Notes under the pieces: generated by a model
The model's input: the letters and a program-made list of their open reading frames with translations, nothing else
Told to the model about the DNA's origin: nothing
Databases searched by the model: none
Position numbers and translations under genes: made by a program
Shown: positions 56,505 through 64,000 of the stretch, one piece after another
Layout of the letters: the number at the start of each line of letters is the position of its first letter
Position numbering within the stretch: position 1 is the first letter of the stretch
Source of the DNA: Saprospira grandis str. Lewin
GTDB lineage: Bacteria; Bacteroidota; Bacteroidia; Chitinophagales; Saprospiraceae
Length of the DNA: 64,000 bases
Direction of reading: 5' to 3'
Assembly (NCBI RefSeq): GCF_000250635.1
Contig: NC_016940.1
Location: 1,224,995-1,288,994, forward strand

Positions 56505-56710
56505 TTGGGGCCTCCCGCCTTCGGCGGGCGGTTACTCCCTTCAGTCGTCGAACTGCGGCCTAAAGGCCTTGTTGTCGTTCCGCAGCTCGCTGCTGTTTTG
56601 GGGCCTCCCGCCTTCGGCGGGCGCTACGTTCCGCAGCTCGCTCTTCGCTCGGCCCTGCGGCCTGACGGCCTTGGTCTGCGGCTGCGCCGCACTGCTACAC
56701 ATCGCTAGGC
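56505..56710. repeat. GC-rich repeat, variant A, forward, with an internal partial duplication (two 'ttttggggcctcccgccttcggcgggcg' heads)
   Basis: First head at ~56507 and second head at ~56596, then '...cgctacgttccgcagctcgctcttcgctcggccctgcggcctgacggccttggtctgcgg...catcgctaggcc'. Confidence 0.85.
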
Positions 56711-56782
56711 CGCTCATCTGCCTTTTTCTAGCTTAAGTTTCTTCTTTGGCGGCTGGGTAGTTTTGGGCCGATGGGCTGAAGC

Positions 56783-57306
56783 CCATTTGGAGGATGCTAT
56801 TCTGCAACTGCAAAACGACACATTCCATTTGGAGGATGCTATTCTGAAACTGCAAAATGGCATATTCCATTTGGAGGACGCTATTCTGCAACTGCAAAAC
56901 GGCATATTCCATTTAGAGGATGCTATTCTGAAACTGCAAAACGGCATATTCCATTTGGAGGACGCTATTCTGAAACTGCAAAACGACACATTCCATTTGG
57001 AGGACGCTATTCTGAAACTGCAAAATGGCATATTCCATTTGGAGGACGCTATTCTGCAACTGCAAAACGACATATTCCATTTGGAGGATGCTATTCTGCA
57101 ACTGCAAAACGACATATTCCATTTGGAGGACGCTATTCTGAAACTGCAAAACGACACATTCCATTTGGAGGATGCTATTCTGAAACTGCAAAACGGCATA
57201 TTCCATTTGGAGGATGCTATTCTGAAACTGCAAAATGGCATATTCCATTTGGAGGACGCTATTCTGCAACTGCAAAACGACACATTCCATTTGGAGGACG
57301 CTATTA
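56783..57306. repeat. 42-bp tandem repeat array, 12 full units plus 1 partial
   Basis: Unit 'ccatttggaggaYgctattctgMaactgcaaaaYgRcaYatt'. Unit starts 56783, 56825, 56867 ... 57287 verified for the first two, then in register. No unique spacers. Open in several frames on both strands (+: 'HLEDAILQLQNGIF'; -: 'IASSKWNMPFCSFR'). Confidence 0.9.
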
Positions 57307-57354
57307 GGAATTTGCGAAAACGTACATCAAGACTTTGATGGGCTGTTCCAAAAT

Positions 57355-57495
57355 TCGTCTTACAGGCCCGAAGGGCCGCAGGCCTAGCGATGCGAAAGGG
57401 GGCGGCGAAGCCGCAGACCAAGGCCGTCAGGCCGCAGGGCCGAGCAGACCTGCGAGCCCTGAAGCGTAGCGCCTGCAGCTTTGCTGCAGGAGGCC
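57355..57495. repeat. GC-rich repeat, variant A, reverse
   Basis: Sequence 'ggcctagcgatgcgaaagggggcggcgaagccgcagaccaaggccgtcaggccgcagggccgagcagacctgcgagccctgaagcgtagcgcctgcagctttgctgcaggaggccccaaaa'. Confidence 0.85.
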
Positions 57496-57537
57496 CCAAA
57501 ACAACAACAGCAAGAGCATAAAAAACAGCAGACTAAA

Positions 57538-58713
57538 ATGGGAAGAACAGAAGATTGGGCATTCATTGCGGAGCATCAGGCGGAAGATTTGGCGCAATTG
57601 GCTTTGCAATTGGCCAAGCGGCCAGAGCTAGACCGCAGTTTTATTTTGGCGCAGGTCAATGGGCGGCAAAAGGCCAAGGAAAAGTTGCCAGATTGGGCGG
57701 GTAGAGCGGGCTTAATATTCCCTTCTCGCTTATCGATGCAGCAGTCTTCTAGCCAGATGACGGCCCAAAAAAAGGCCGAATACTTGGCGGGGGGCACCCT
57801 AGTTGATTTGACGGGAGGTTTTGGGGTAGATAGTTATTATTTGGGCCAAAAATTTGAACGAGTTTATCATGTGGAGCCGCAAGAGGAGTTGCAAGAAATT
57901 GTGCGGGCCAACTTTGCGCTTTTGGGCTTTGATCGGGCGGAGTTTTTTTTGGGCAAGGCCGAAGAATTTCTGGAACAGGCCAATTTGCCGGCCATAGATT
58001 GCTTTTATATTGATCCGAGCAGAAGATCGGAGGGCCAAAAAGTCTTTCGTTTAGATGATTGTCAGCCGCAATTACTGGAGATCTTGCCTCGATTATTGGA
58101 GCTTGCGCCTAGGGTTTGGGTCAAGGCGGCCAGTATGTTAGACATACAGCAGGCCTTGCAGCAATTGGGGGGTAAAGTTCGGCAAGTTTATATTTTGGCT
58201 TGGCGCAATGAGTGCAAAGAGTTGCTCTTTGAAATTGGGCGAGAGCCACAGCCCTCTCCGCAGATACAGATAGAAGAAATTTACCCCAAGCGGGCCTTTT
58301 CTTTTCCGTTTACATTAGCAGAAGAAGAGCAAGCTCGGGCCGATTATGGGCCCTTGGGCAGTTATGTATATTTGCCGCATACAGGCCTACTCAAGGCGGG
58401 AGCCTTTAAATTATTGGCCGAGCGTTATGGGCTGAGCAAGTTGGCCATCAACAGCCATATTTATAGTAGTGAAAAAGAAATATTGGATTTTCCGGGCCGG
58501 GCATTTCGGTTAATTCGGGCCATCCCTTACCCTAGTAAAGCGGCCAAAAAGCTAGGCTTAAAAAAAGCGCAAATCATCAGTAAGAACTTTGGAATGAGCG
58601 TAGAACAGCTACGGAAAAAGCTAAAAATAAAGCAATCGGGGGGCAGCTACCTCCTAGCGAGCAGAGATCAAGAAAACAAAACTTGGCTTTATGAAATGGC
58701 GCCCTTGTTCTAA
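57538..58713 (+). CDS. Class I SAM-dependent methyltransferase-like protein (THUMP-like/RNA-methylase-like fold)
   Basis: 'LVDLTGGFGVDSYYLG' G-rich SAM motif and 'DCFYIDPSRR' (motif IV-like D/N-P-P variant). Start placed at ATG 57538 ('MGRTEDW'), downstream of the repeat. Confidence 0.5.
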   Translation: MGRTEDWAFIAEHQAEDLAQLALQLAKRPELDRSFILAQVNGRQKAKEKLPDWAGRAGLIFPSRLSMQQSSSQMTAQKKAEYLAGGTLVDLTGGFGVDSYYLGQKFERVYHVEPQEELQEIVRANFALLGFDRAEFFLGKAEEFLEQANLPAIDCFYIDPSRRSEGQKVFRLDDCQPQLLEILPRLLELAPRVWVKAASMLDIQQALQQLGGKVRQVYILAWRNECKELLFEIGREPQPSPQIQIEEIYPKRAFSFPFTLAEEEQARADYGPLGSYVYLPHTGLLKAGAFKLLAERYGLSKLAINSHIYSSEKEILDFPGRAFRLIRAIPYPSKAAKKLGLKKAQIISKNFGMSVEQLRKKLKIKQSGGSYLLASRDQENKTWLYEMAPLF

Positions 58714-58825
58714 ATAGAGTTTTTCTCTCCCTAAATTTTTTATTAAATTGTAAATGCTTTAGCGATTCATTTAAAAAAGTGTGGATTTATTCCCTTTTCG
58801 ATGAAAAAGTCAACCCAAGGATTTT

Positions 58826-60940
58826 TTGGCTGTTAGGAGTCAGATATCCTTTTTTTATCTCCAATTCCCCATAGCCTTAGGGCTAACGACCGAGAACTTA
58901 ACTATGCCTGCTCCCCGTTTCCTCCATTTTTTTCCAAAAACATTTAGGCAAGAAAGCTTAGAGAAGATACTCTTATCTTTAGGGAGTTTTTGGAGTATGA
59001 TCATCTGCATTACCTATTGGTTAATTAGTTTATACTATGACTATCAAGAGGTCGTTCGCTTAGCCACTACTTTAGGGGCCTTAGGCTATTTGAGCTTATT
59101 TTTATGGCTAAAATTTAGGACTTTTTCACCTTGGCTGCCTGTAATTTACATTCTAATTTCGCTTAGCTTACTAGATGGGCTTTGGATGAGAGTGGGCGGA
59201 GTTTATAGTGACTTGCCTATATTGCTCTTGCTGGCCTTTTTTACCTCTATGATTATTTCAACAGAGGGTTGGCGTTGGTTAGCGATGGTACTCAACTTTA
59301 GCAACTTTGCCTTTTTGTTAGTTTTGCACCTTTATTTCCCCGAGAGTATCAGCTACTATCCTCCGGCAAGCGAGGTAGCCTTTACCAGTTTTACGAGCTT
59401 GGGAGTGGCTTTATTTTCGGTTTGGGTATTGATGGGCATCTTAAAGGAGCGCTATCAATTGAGTCAGGAGCAATTGGAGGGAAAAAACATGGCCTTAAGA
59501 GATGCCAGCCAGGCCAAGTCGCAGTTTTTGGCCCAGATGAGCCATGAGATTCGGACCCCCATGAATGGAATGTTGGGCATGGCCCAGCTCCTGCTAGACG
59601 GTCCCCTAAGCGAAGAGCAACAAGAATATGCGCAGACCCTCAAACAAAGTGGCGAGCAGCTTTTGCAGATTGTCAATGAGATTTTGGATTACTCTAAGTT
59701 AGAGGCGGGAGGTTGGCATTTGCAGGAGCAAGAATTTGAGTTGGAGCGGGCTGTAGAGGAGGCCATGAATATTGCGGTCTCTAGGGCCTTAGCCAAGGGA
59801 TTGAGCTTGCGTTATTTTCCAGATGCCCATTTGCCAGAGCAGCTCATTGGAGATGCGACAAAGATTCGGCAAATGCTATTAAATTTATTGGACAATGCCA
59901 TTAAGTTTAGTCATCAGGGCTGCATCTCTATTTATCTATCCAAATTGCGGGAGGAAGAAGATCGAGTTTGGGTAGAATTTCGCTTAACGGATCAGGGTGT
60001 GGGGATTCCCAAAGCCAAGCAAAGCGATTTATTTAAGGAGTTCTCTCAACTGTCCAATCAGCAGGCGCATAGCAGCTCGGGCACGGGTTTGGGCCTATCC
60101 ATTGTTCGACAATTGGCCGAGCAGATGGGGGGCCATGTTGGTGTAGATAGTGAAGAGGGCCAGGGGGCCAGTTTTTACTTTCATTTACCCTTACAAAAGG
60201 CGGCCTCCAAGTCGGCCAGTTTATTTAAGGGCAAACGGCTCTTTTTATTGAGCAAAAACAAGGATGCCGCTCGTTTTTTCGAGGCCATTTGCCAGCGTTG
60301 GGAGATGGAATACTTTCAGTTTTGGGAGCCCGATGCTAGTCATCAGGCTGCAGAGCTAGACATTATTCCCAGCCCTGATTTTGTCTTTTTTGATAGCCAG
60401 TTACAAAACCCTGAAGAGGTGTTGAGTTGGCCTTGCCCCCAGTTTTTACTTTTGGCCTTAGGTGAAGAGCGGAAGCTCAGTCGCAACTTTCAGGCAGCAC
60501 TTTCGGCTCCTTTGCGCCCGCTACGAATCAAGCAGTTATTGCTCAAGCAAATGTCGGTGGTCCAAGAGGAAAAGGAGGAAGGTCCTAGCTACCCCTGGAC
60601 CAATAAAAAGGTACTTTTGGCCGAGGATAATAAGATCAATCAGCGCCTGATGCAACAAATTTTGGAACGGATGGGGCTTCGGTTGCATATTGTACAAAAT
60701 GGGCAGGAAGCCCTTGACTTTTTGGCCCAAGAAGAGGTAGATCTTATTTTTATGGACCTACAAATGCCCGTTTTAGATGGGCGAACAGCCAGCCAAGAAA
60801 TTCGAGCTCAACAGATTAACACGCCCATTATTGCGCTTAGCGGAGAGGAGCAAAAAGCCATTGAAGGCATCAATGGCTTTTTGCAAAAGCCCATTGCGCG
60901 AGAAGAACTAGAGGCTTGTTTGCGCCAGTTTTTTTGCTAG
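58826..60940 (+). CDS. Hybrid sensor histidine kinase / response regulator with N-terminal multi-pass membrane sensor
   Basis: 6-7 predicted TM segments. H-box 'MSHEIRTPMNGMLGMAQLL'. HATPase 'DNAIKFS', 'GTGLGLSIVRQLAEQMGG'. C-terminal receiver 'VLLAEDNKINQ...DLIFMDLQMPVLDG'. Start codon uncertain. Confidence 0.85.
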   Translation: MAVRSQISFFYLQFPIALGLTTENLTMPAPRFLHFFPKTFRQESLEKILLSLGSFWSMIICITYWLISLYYDYQEVVRLATTLGALGYLSLFLWLKFRTFSPWLPVIYILISLSLLDGLWMRVGGVYSDLPILLLLAFFTSMIISTEGWRWLAMVLNFSNFAFLLVLHLYFPESISYYPPASEVAFTSFTSLGVALFSVWVLMGILKERYQLSQEQLEGKNMALRDASQAKSQFLAQMSHEIRTPMNGMLGMAQLLLDGPLSEEQQEYAQTLKQSGEQLLQIVNEILDYSKLEAGGWHLQEQEFELERAVEEAMNIAVSRALAKGLSLRYFPDAHLPEQLIGDATKIRQMLLNLLDNAIKFSHQGCISIYLSKLREEEDRVWVEFRLTDQGVGIPKAKQSDLFKEFSQLSNQQAHSSSGTGLGLSIVRQLAEQMGGHVGVDSEEGQGASFYFHLPLQKAASKSASLFKGKRLFLLSKNKDAARFFEAICQRWEMEYFQFWEPDASHQAAELDIIPSPDFVFFDSQLQNPEEVLSWPCPQFLLLALGEERKLSRNFQAALSAPLRPLRIKQLLLKQMSVVQEEKEEGPSYPWTNKKVLLAEDNKINQRLMQQILERMGLRLHIVQNGQEALDFLAQEEVDLIFMDLQMPVLDGRTASQEIRAQQINTPIIALSGEEQKAIEGINGFLQKPIAREELEACLRQFFC

Positions 60941-60979
60941 CTTTGCGCTATTATTTTCACGCATCCTCCCCTCCGAATC

Positions 60980-62455
60980 ATGAAAGTTACTGCAGAAAAA
61001 ATAGCCCTTTATAGTCTTGGATTTCTTTTTTGTATCCTGCTACTCTACAAGGCGGTCAAGATGAGCATGACCCATGATGAAGCCGCTACTTTTTTGGTCT
61101 ATACCAAATGGTCTATTTATGACATCTGGACCAATTCGGGTCCCAATCCTACGGCCAACAACCACCTACTCAATACCTTATTGATTAAGTTTTTGGTGCA
61201 GCTCTTTGGCGATCATCAGTTGGTGGTTCGCCTTAGCAATATTTTAGCGGGATTCAGTTTTCTCTATTTCTCTGGGCGCCTGATGCAGCAGGTTTTTGGG
61301 CCAAAAAATAAGCTTTTGGTCCTTTTGGGCTTCAGCCTGCTGCTAATGAATAATTATCAGTTTGATTTTTTTGCCGTGGCCCGCGGTTATGGCTTGTCTA
61401 TGGGCTTTTTTATGCCTGCGATCTATTTTTCGCTGCAGGCGGTCGCCAATTCTTCTATCCGAAGTTGGAGCTGGGCGGTCGGCCTTTGTCTGCTGGCGGT
61501 TTTGGCCAATTTTAGTAGCCTGGTTTTTTGTATCGCCTTGCTGGGCAGCGCACTGCTGCTGGCGCTCAAAAAAGAGCGAAACTGGCGGTTTTTGGGCCAA
61601 AGTCTAGGTATTGCTAGTCTGGCGGCCCTCGTTTTAGGGCTGGCCATTGCCCCTGCCATCATTCGCCTCATCGACTTTGAGCAGCTCTATTTTGGGGGAA
61701 ATAATGGCTTTTTTCAAGATACTATAGGCAGCTTGGCCCGATCCTATACACACAATATTTCCTTTTTGCATTCGCCCAAATATATCCATTGGGGCTTTGG
61801 GTTTCTGCTTATTTTTGCCGCTGCCCGCCTGCTTTTTTCGCTGATCAAAGAGAAAAGTCAGGGCCCTGCCCTTTTCATTCAATTGGGTTTATCCTGCCTT
61901 TTGGCTAGTTGCATCGGCCATCTTTTGCTGCACCTCCTTTTCGATGTCAAGTTTCTGATTCAACGGACGGCCCTGATTTATTTTCCCCTGCTGCAGTTTT
62001 CACTCATTAGCCTGCTGTATAGCCTTTATCAGGTTTTTCCCTTGGCCAAAAAATGGAAAAATACGGCTTTGGTCTTCGCTAGCGTTCTGGGCCTAAGCCT
62101 TTTTGGCCTCAACTACCGCCCCAATACCATGACCGAATGGTACTATAATGTAGAGGATAGAAAAATTTTGAGCGAATTGGAGGCGAGCATTCCCCAAAAT
62201 GAAACCCATACCCTGGGCATTTGGTGGCTCTTTTTCCCCACTTTCGAGTTTTATCTAGAAACGGGAGTCTATCAAAATATTCAGCTCAATCCACACAATA
62301 TGCAGCTCGATCTCGAGCAGGATTATGACTATTATTTTATTGACCACAATGCAGAACGAGTGGCCGCTTTAAGCGAAAAATACGAGCGCTTCAAAAATTA
62401 CCAACAAGGGATTCTCTTTCGCCATAAGAACTTTCCCATTCAGAAAAATAACTAG
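60980..62455 (+). CDS. GT39/ArnT-like integral-membrane glycosyltransferase (PMT_2 family)
   Basis: At least 10 TM segments. N-terminal 'MSMTHDEAATFLV' and 'NNHLLNTLLIKFLVQLFG' loop typical of ArnT/PMT-fold transferases. Confidence 0.6.
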   Translation: MKVTAEKIALYSLGFLFCILLLYKAVKMSMTHDEAATFLVYTKWSIYDIWTNSGPNPTANNHLLNTLLIKFLVQLFGDHQLVVRLSNILAGFSFLYFSGRLMQQVFGPKNKLLVLLGFSLLLMNNYQFDFFAVARGYGLSMGFFMPAIYFSLQAVANSSIRSWSWAVGLCLLAVLANFSSLVFCIALLGSALLLALKKERNWRFLGQSLGIASLAALVLGLAIAPAIIRLIDFEQLYFGGNNGFFQDTIGSLARSYTHNISFLHSPKYIHWGFGFLLIFAAARLLFSLIKEKSQGPALFIQLGLSCLLASCIGHLLLHLLFDVKFLIQRTALIYFPLLQFSLISLLYSLYQVFPLAKKWKNTALVFASVLGLSLFGLNYRPNTMTEWYYNVEDRKILSELEASIPQNETHTLGIWWLFFPTFEFYLETGVYQNIQLNPHNMQLDLEQDYDYYFIDHNAERVAALSEKYERFKNYQQGILFRHKNFPIQKNN

Positions 62456-62459
62456 TGTT

Positions 62460-62650
62460 TTTTGGGGCTGCCCCAGCCTTCGGCTGGGTCGGGCTATGTC
62501 GCAGCTCGCAGGTCTGCTCGGCCCTGCGGGCTTTTTCGCTTTGCTTCAAAAGCCCTGGGTCTGGCCTTCGGCCACTGCTTTCTATCCCTCAGCCGCGTCG
62601 CTGCGCTCCTATGCGGGCGCTGCGCGCCCTGCAAAACCGCAATTGGACCA
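62460..62650. repeat. GC-rich repeat, variant B, forward
   Basis: Sequence 'ttttggggctgccccagccttcggctgggtcgggctatgtcgcagctcgcaggtctgctcggccctgcgggctttttcgctttgc...gggtctggccttcggccactgctttctatccctcagccgcg'. Confidence 0.85.
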
Positions 62651-62655
62651 ACAGG

Positions 62656-64000
62656 CTAGCGCTTTTTGGGTGGAAAAAGCTCAAAGCGCTTCTGAAAATC
62701 TTTCAATAAGCCATTTTGCTTCAAAAAGTGGACATACTTCTCTCGGTCGGTCGTCGGCCGATGTTTTGGCTTGGGGATATCTTCTTCCTTGGGTTCCTCT
62801 ATTGTAAATTTATACTGCAATTTGGGCAGACCAAATTCTTCTCGCAACTGATTGAGCAGGGCCTGTTCATCGCCAATAGCGTCTTTTACTCTTTGGCTAC
62901 TCACCACTAATCCTAGGGCCTGTTCTTCTTTGGGCAAAACCGTCAATTTAGCCGAGCGCAGCAGGGCCTGCATAGAAGGCGACTCCATTTTTTGGGCATA
63001 GGCTTCCCAAAGGGCCAAAACAGCCTTTTCTTCCCAGCTTTTGTGTACAATTTGCTTTTTGCGCTCTTCTTCAGCCTGAATTTCGGCCTTAAGGGCATCT
63101 ATGGCCGTTTCTTTTTTCTTTTTGAGGCGCTCCTTTAAACTCTTTTTAGGCTTTTTTTCCAGTTTTGGCGCTGCCTCCTTAGGCTCTTCTTTGGCTGCAA
63201 CTACTTTAGGGCTAGTTGTTTCTTTGGGTTCTTCTTGTTTTTTGCTGGGGGCAGCGCCTTCTTGGACCACTTCCTTCGGGCTGCTTTCTACGGTTTGCAC
63301 ATATTGTACAACTTGCTGCGGGGCCAAAGTTTGGGGCTGTATCGCCCTGCGGATATGGGCCATTTTAATCAGAGCCATTTCAACATGTAGGCGCTTATTT
63401 CTGGCCATTTTATAATTTACATCGCAGGCGGCGCTCAGGCTCAGGGCCGAAACCAAAATATCTTTGGGCGCCAATTGGGCCTGCTGCTGATAGCGTTGGC
63501 GCAGCTTTTCACTAAGGTCCAAAAGGCCAAGGGTGCTAGCATCTTGGGCCATTAGCAAATTGCGCAAATGCAAAGAAAGGCCATCTAAGAAAATATCGCC
63601 ATCAAATCCCTTTCGCTGAATTTGGTCAAAGATGAGGAGCAATTGCTGCATATCCTCGGCCAAGATGGCATCAATAATCTGAAAGTAATAATCGTAATCT
63701 AAAATATTCAGGTTTTCAATGACATCCTCATAGCGGATATTGCTGCCTGAAAAACTGACCATGCGGTCAAAAATAGAAAGGGCATCTCGCAGAGCGCCAT
63801 CGGCCTTTTGGGCAATCATATTGAGGGCCTCTTCTTCGGCCTCAATGCCCTCTTCTTGGCAAATCTTGGCCAAATGCGCTCGCATATCGGCTACCTGAAT
63901 CCGATTAAAGTCAAAAATTTGACAGCGAGAGAGAATAGTGGGAATAATTTTATGCTTCTCGGTGGTGGCCAAAATAAAAATGGCATAAGAGGGCGGTTCC
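62656..64000 (-). CDS. dnaX: DNA polymerase III subunit gamma/tau, C-terminal ~440 codons (5' end outside window)
   Basis: 'IIPTILSRCQIFDFNRI' (sensor-2/lid motif of clamp-loader AAA+), followed by a low-complexity K/E/P-rich tau linker and a C-terminal domain. Confidence 0.85.
   Translation of the reverse strand, partial: EPPSYAIFILATTEKHKIIPTILSRCQIFDFNRIQVADMRAHLAKICQEEGIEAEEEALNMIAQKADGALRDALSIFDRMVSFSGSNIRYEDVIENLNILDYDYYFQIIDAILAEDMQQLLLIFDQIQRKGFDGDIFLDGLSLHLRNLLMAQDASTLGLLDLSEKLRQRYQQQAQLAPKDILVSALSLSAACDVNYKMARNKRLHVEMALIKMAHIRRAIQPQTLAPQQVVQYVQTVESSPKEVVQEGAAPSKKQEEPKETTSPKVVAAKEEPKEAAPKLEKKPKKSLKERLKKKKETAIDALKAEIQAEEERKKQIVHKSWEEKAVLALWEAYAQKMESPSMQALLRSAKLTVLPKEEQALGLVVSSQRVKDAIGDEQALLNQLREEFGLPKLQYKFTIEEPKEEDIPKPKHRPTTDREKYVHFLKQNGLLKDFQKRFELFPPKKR

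Noticed and set aside
56783-57306. Possible CRISPR array, given the regular 42-bp periodicity
   Set aside because: Units are directly abutting near-identical repeats with no interspersed unique spacers and no cas genes nearby. It is a tandem minisatellite, not a repeat-spacer array.
56714-57499. 261-aa minus-strand and 191-aa plus-strand ORFs spanning the 42-bp array, considered as annotated genes
   Set aside because: Open frames are an automatic consequence of a 3n-periodic repeat without stops. Both strands are open, and the minus-strand ORF starts and ends inside flanking GC-rich repeats. Kept only as a hypothesis in findings.

Overview
This 64-kb window reads as a chromosomal segment from a Bacteroidota (Saprospiraceae-like) genome with about 50% GC, nearly all of it coding. 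All protein-family calls below rest on motifs recognised by eye and recalled family signatures, not database searches. Three genes encode type IX secretion (T9SS) cargo with Por_Secre_tail C-terminal domains: an S8 peptidase, a 1885-aa beta-helix/SprB-repeat adhesin and a 633-aa secreted protein. A complete Bat aerotolerance operon is present, running MoxR, DUF58, a membrane protein, BatA, BatB, BatC, a BatD-N-like protein, BatD and BatE. Other genes include a cryptochrome-DASH photolyase, an NRDE/TANGO2-like protein, a YebC regulator, tRNA-Leu(GAG), a Zn alcohol dehydrogenase, an AraC regulator, a hybrid histidine kinase and the 3' part of dnaX. The most unusual content is as follows. (1) A full-length bacterial homolog of the eukaryotic major vault protein lies at 30747-33275. 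(2) A divergently arranged pair of RtcR-like sigma54-type regulators brackets a radical-SAM/SPASM plus GT4 glycosyltransferase cassette and two unannotated small ORFs. One regulator is full length with a CARF-like N-domain; the other is naturally truncated and lacks the GAFTGA loop. (3) An exported WD40-caspase (C14) fusion protein of 1144 aa. (4) A pervasive family of GC-rich intergenic repeats, each 130-160 bp, with at least 19 copies in both orientations, built from UUCG-type hairpins. One copy is split by an IS4-family insertion with 19-bp terminal inverted repeats and a 9-bp target-site duplication. (5) Two tandem-repeat arrays: a 42-bp array with about 12.5 units and a 44-bp array with 4-5 units. 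Many automatically called ORF starts run through repeat copies and are over-extended; corrected starts are given where an in-frame ATG follows the repeat.
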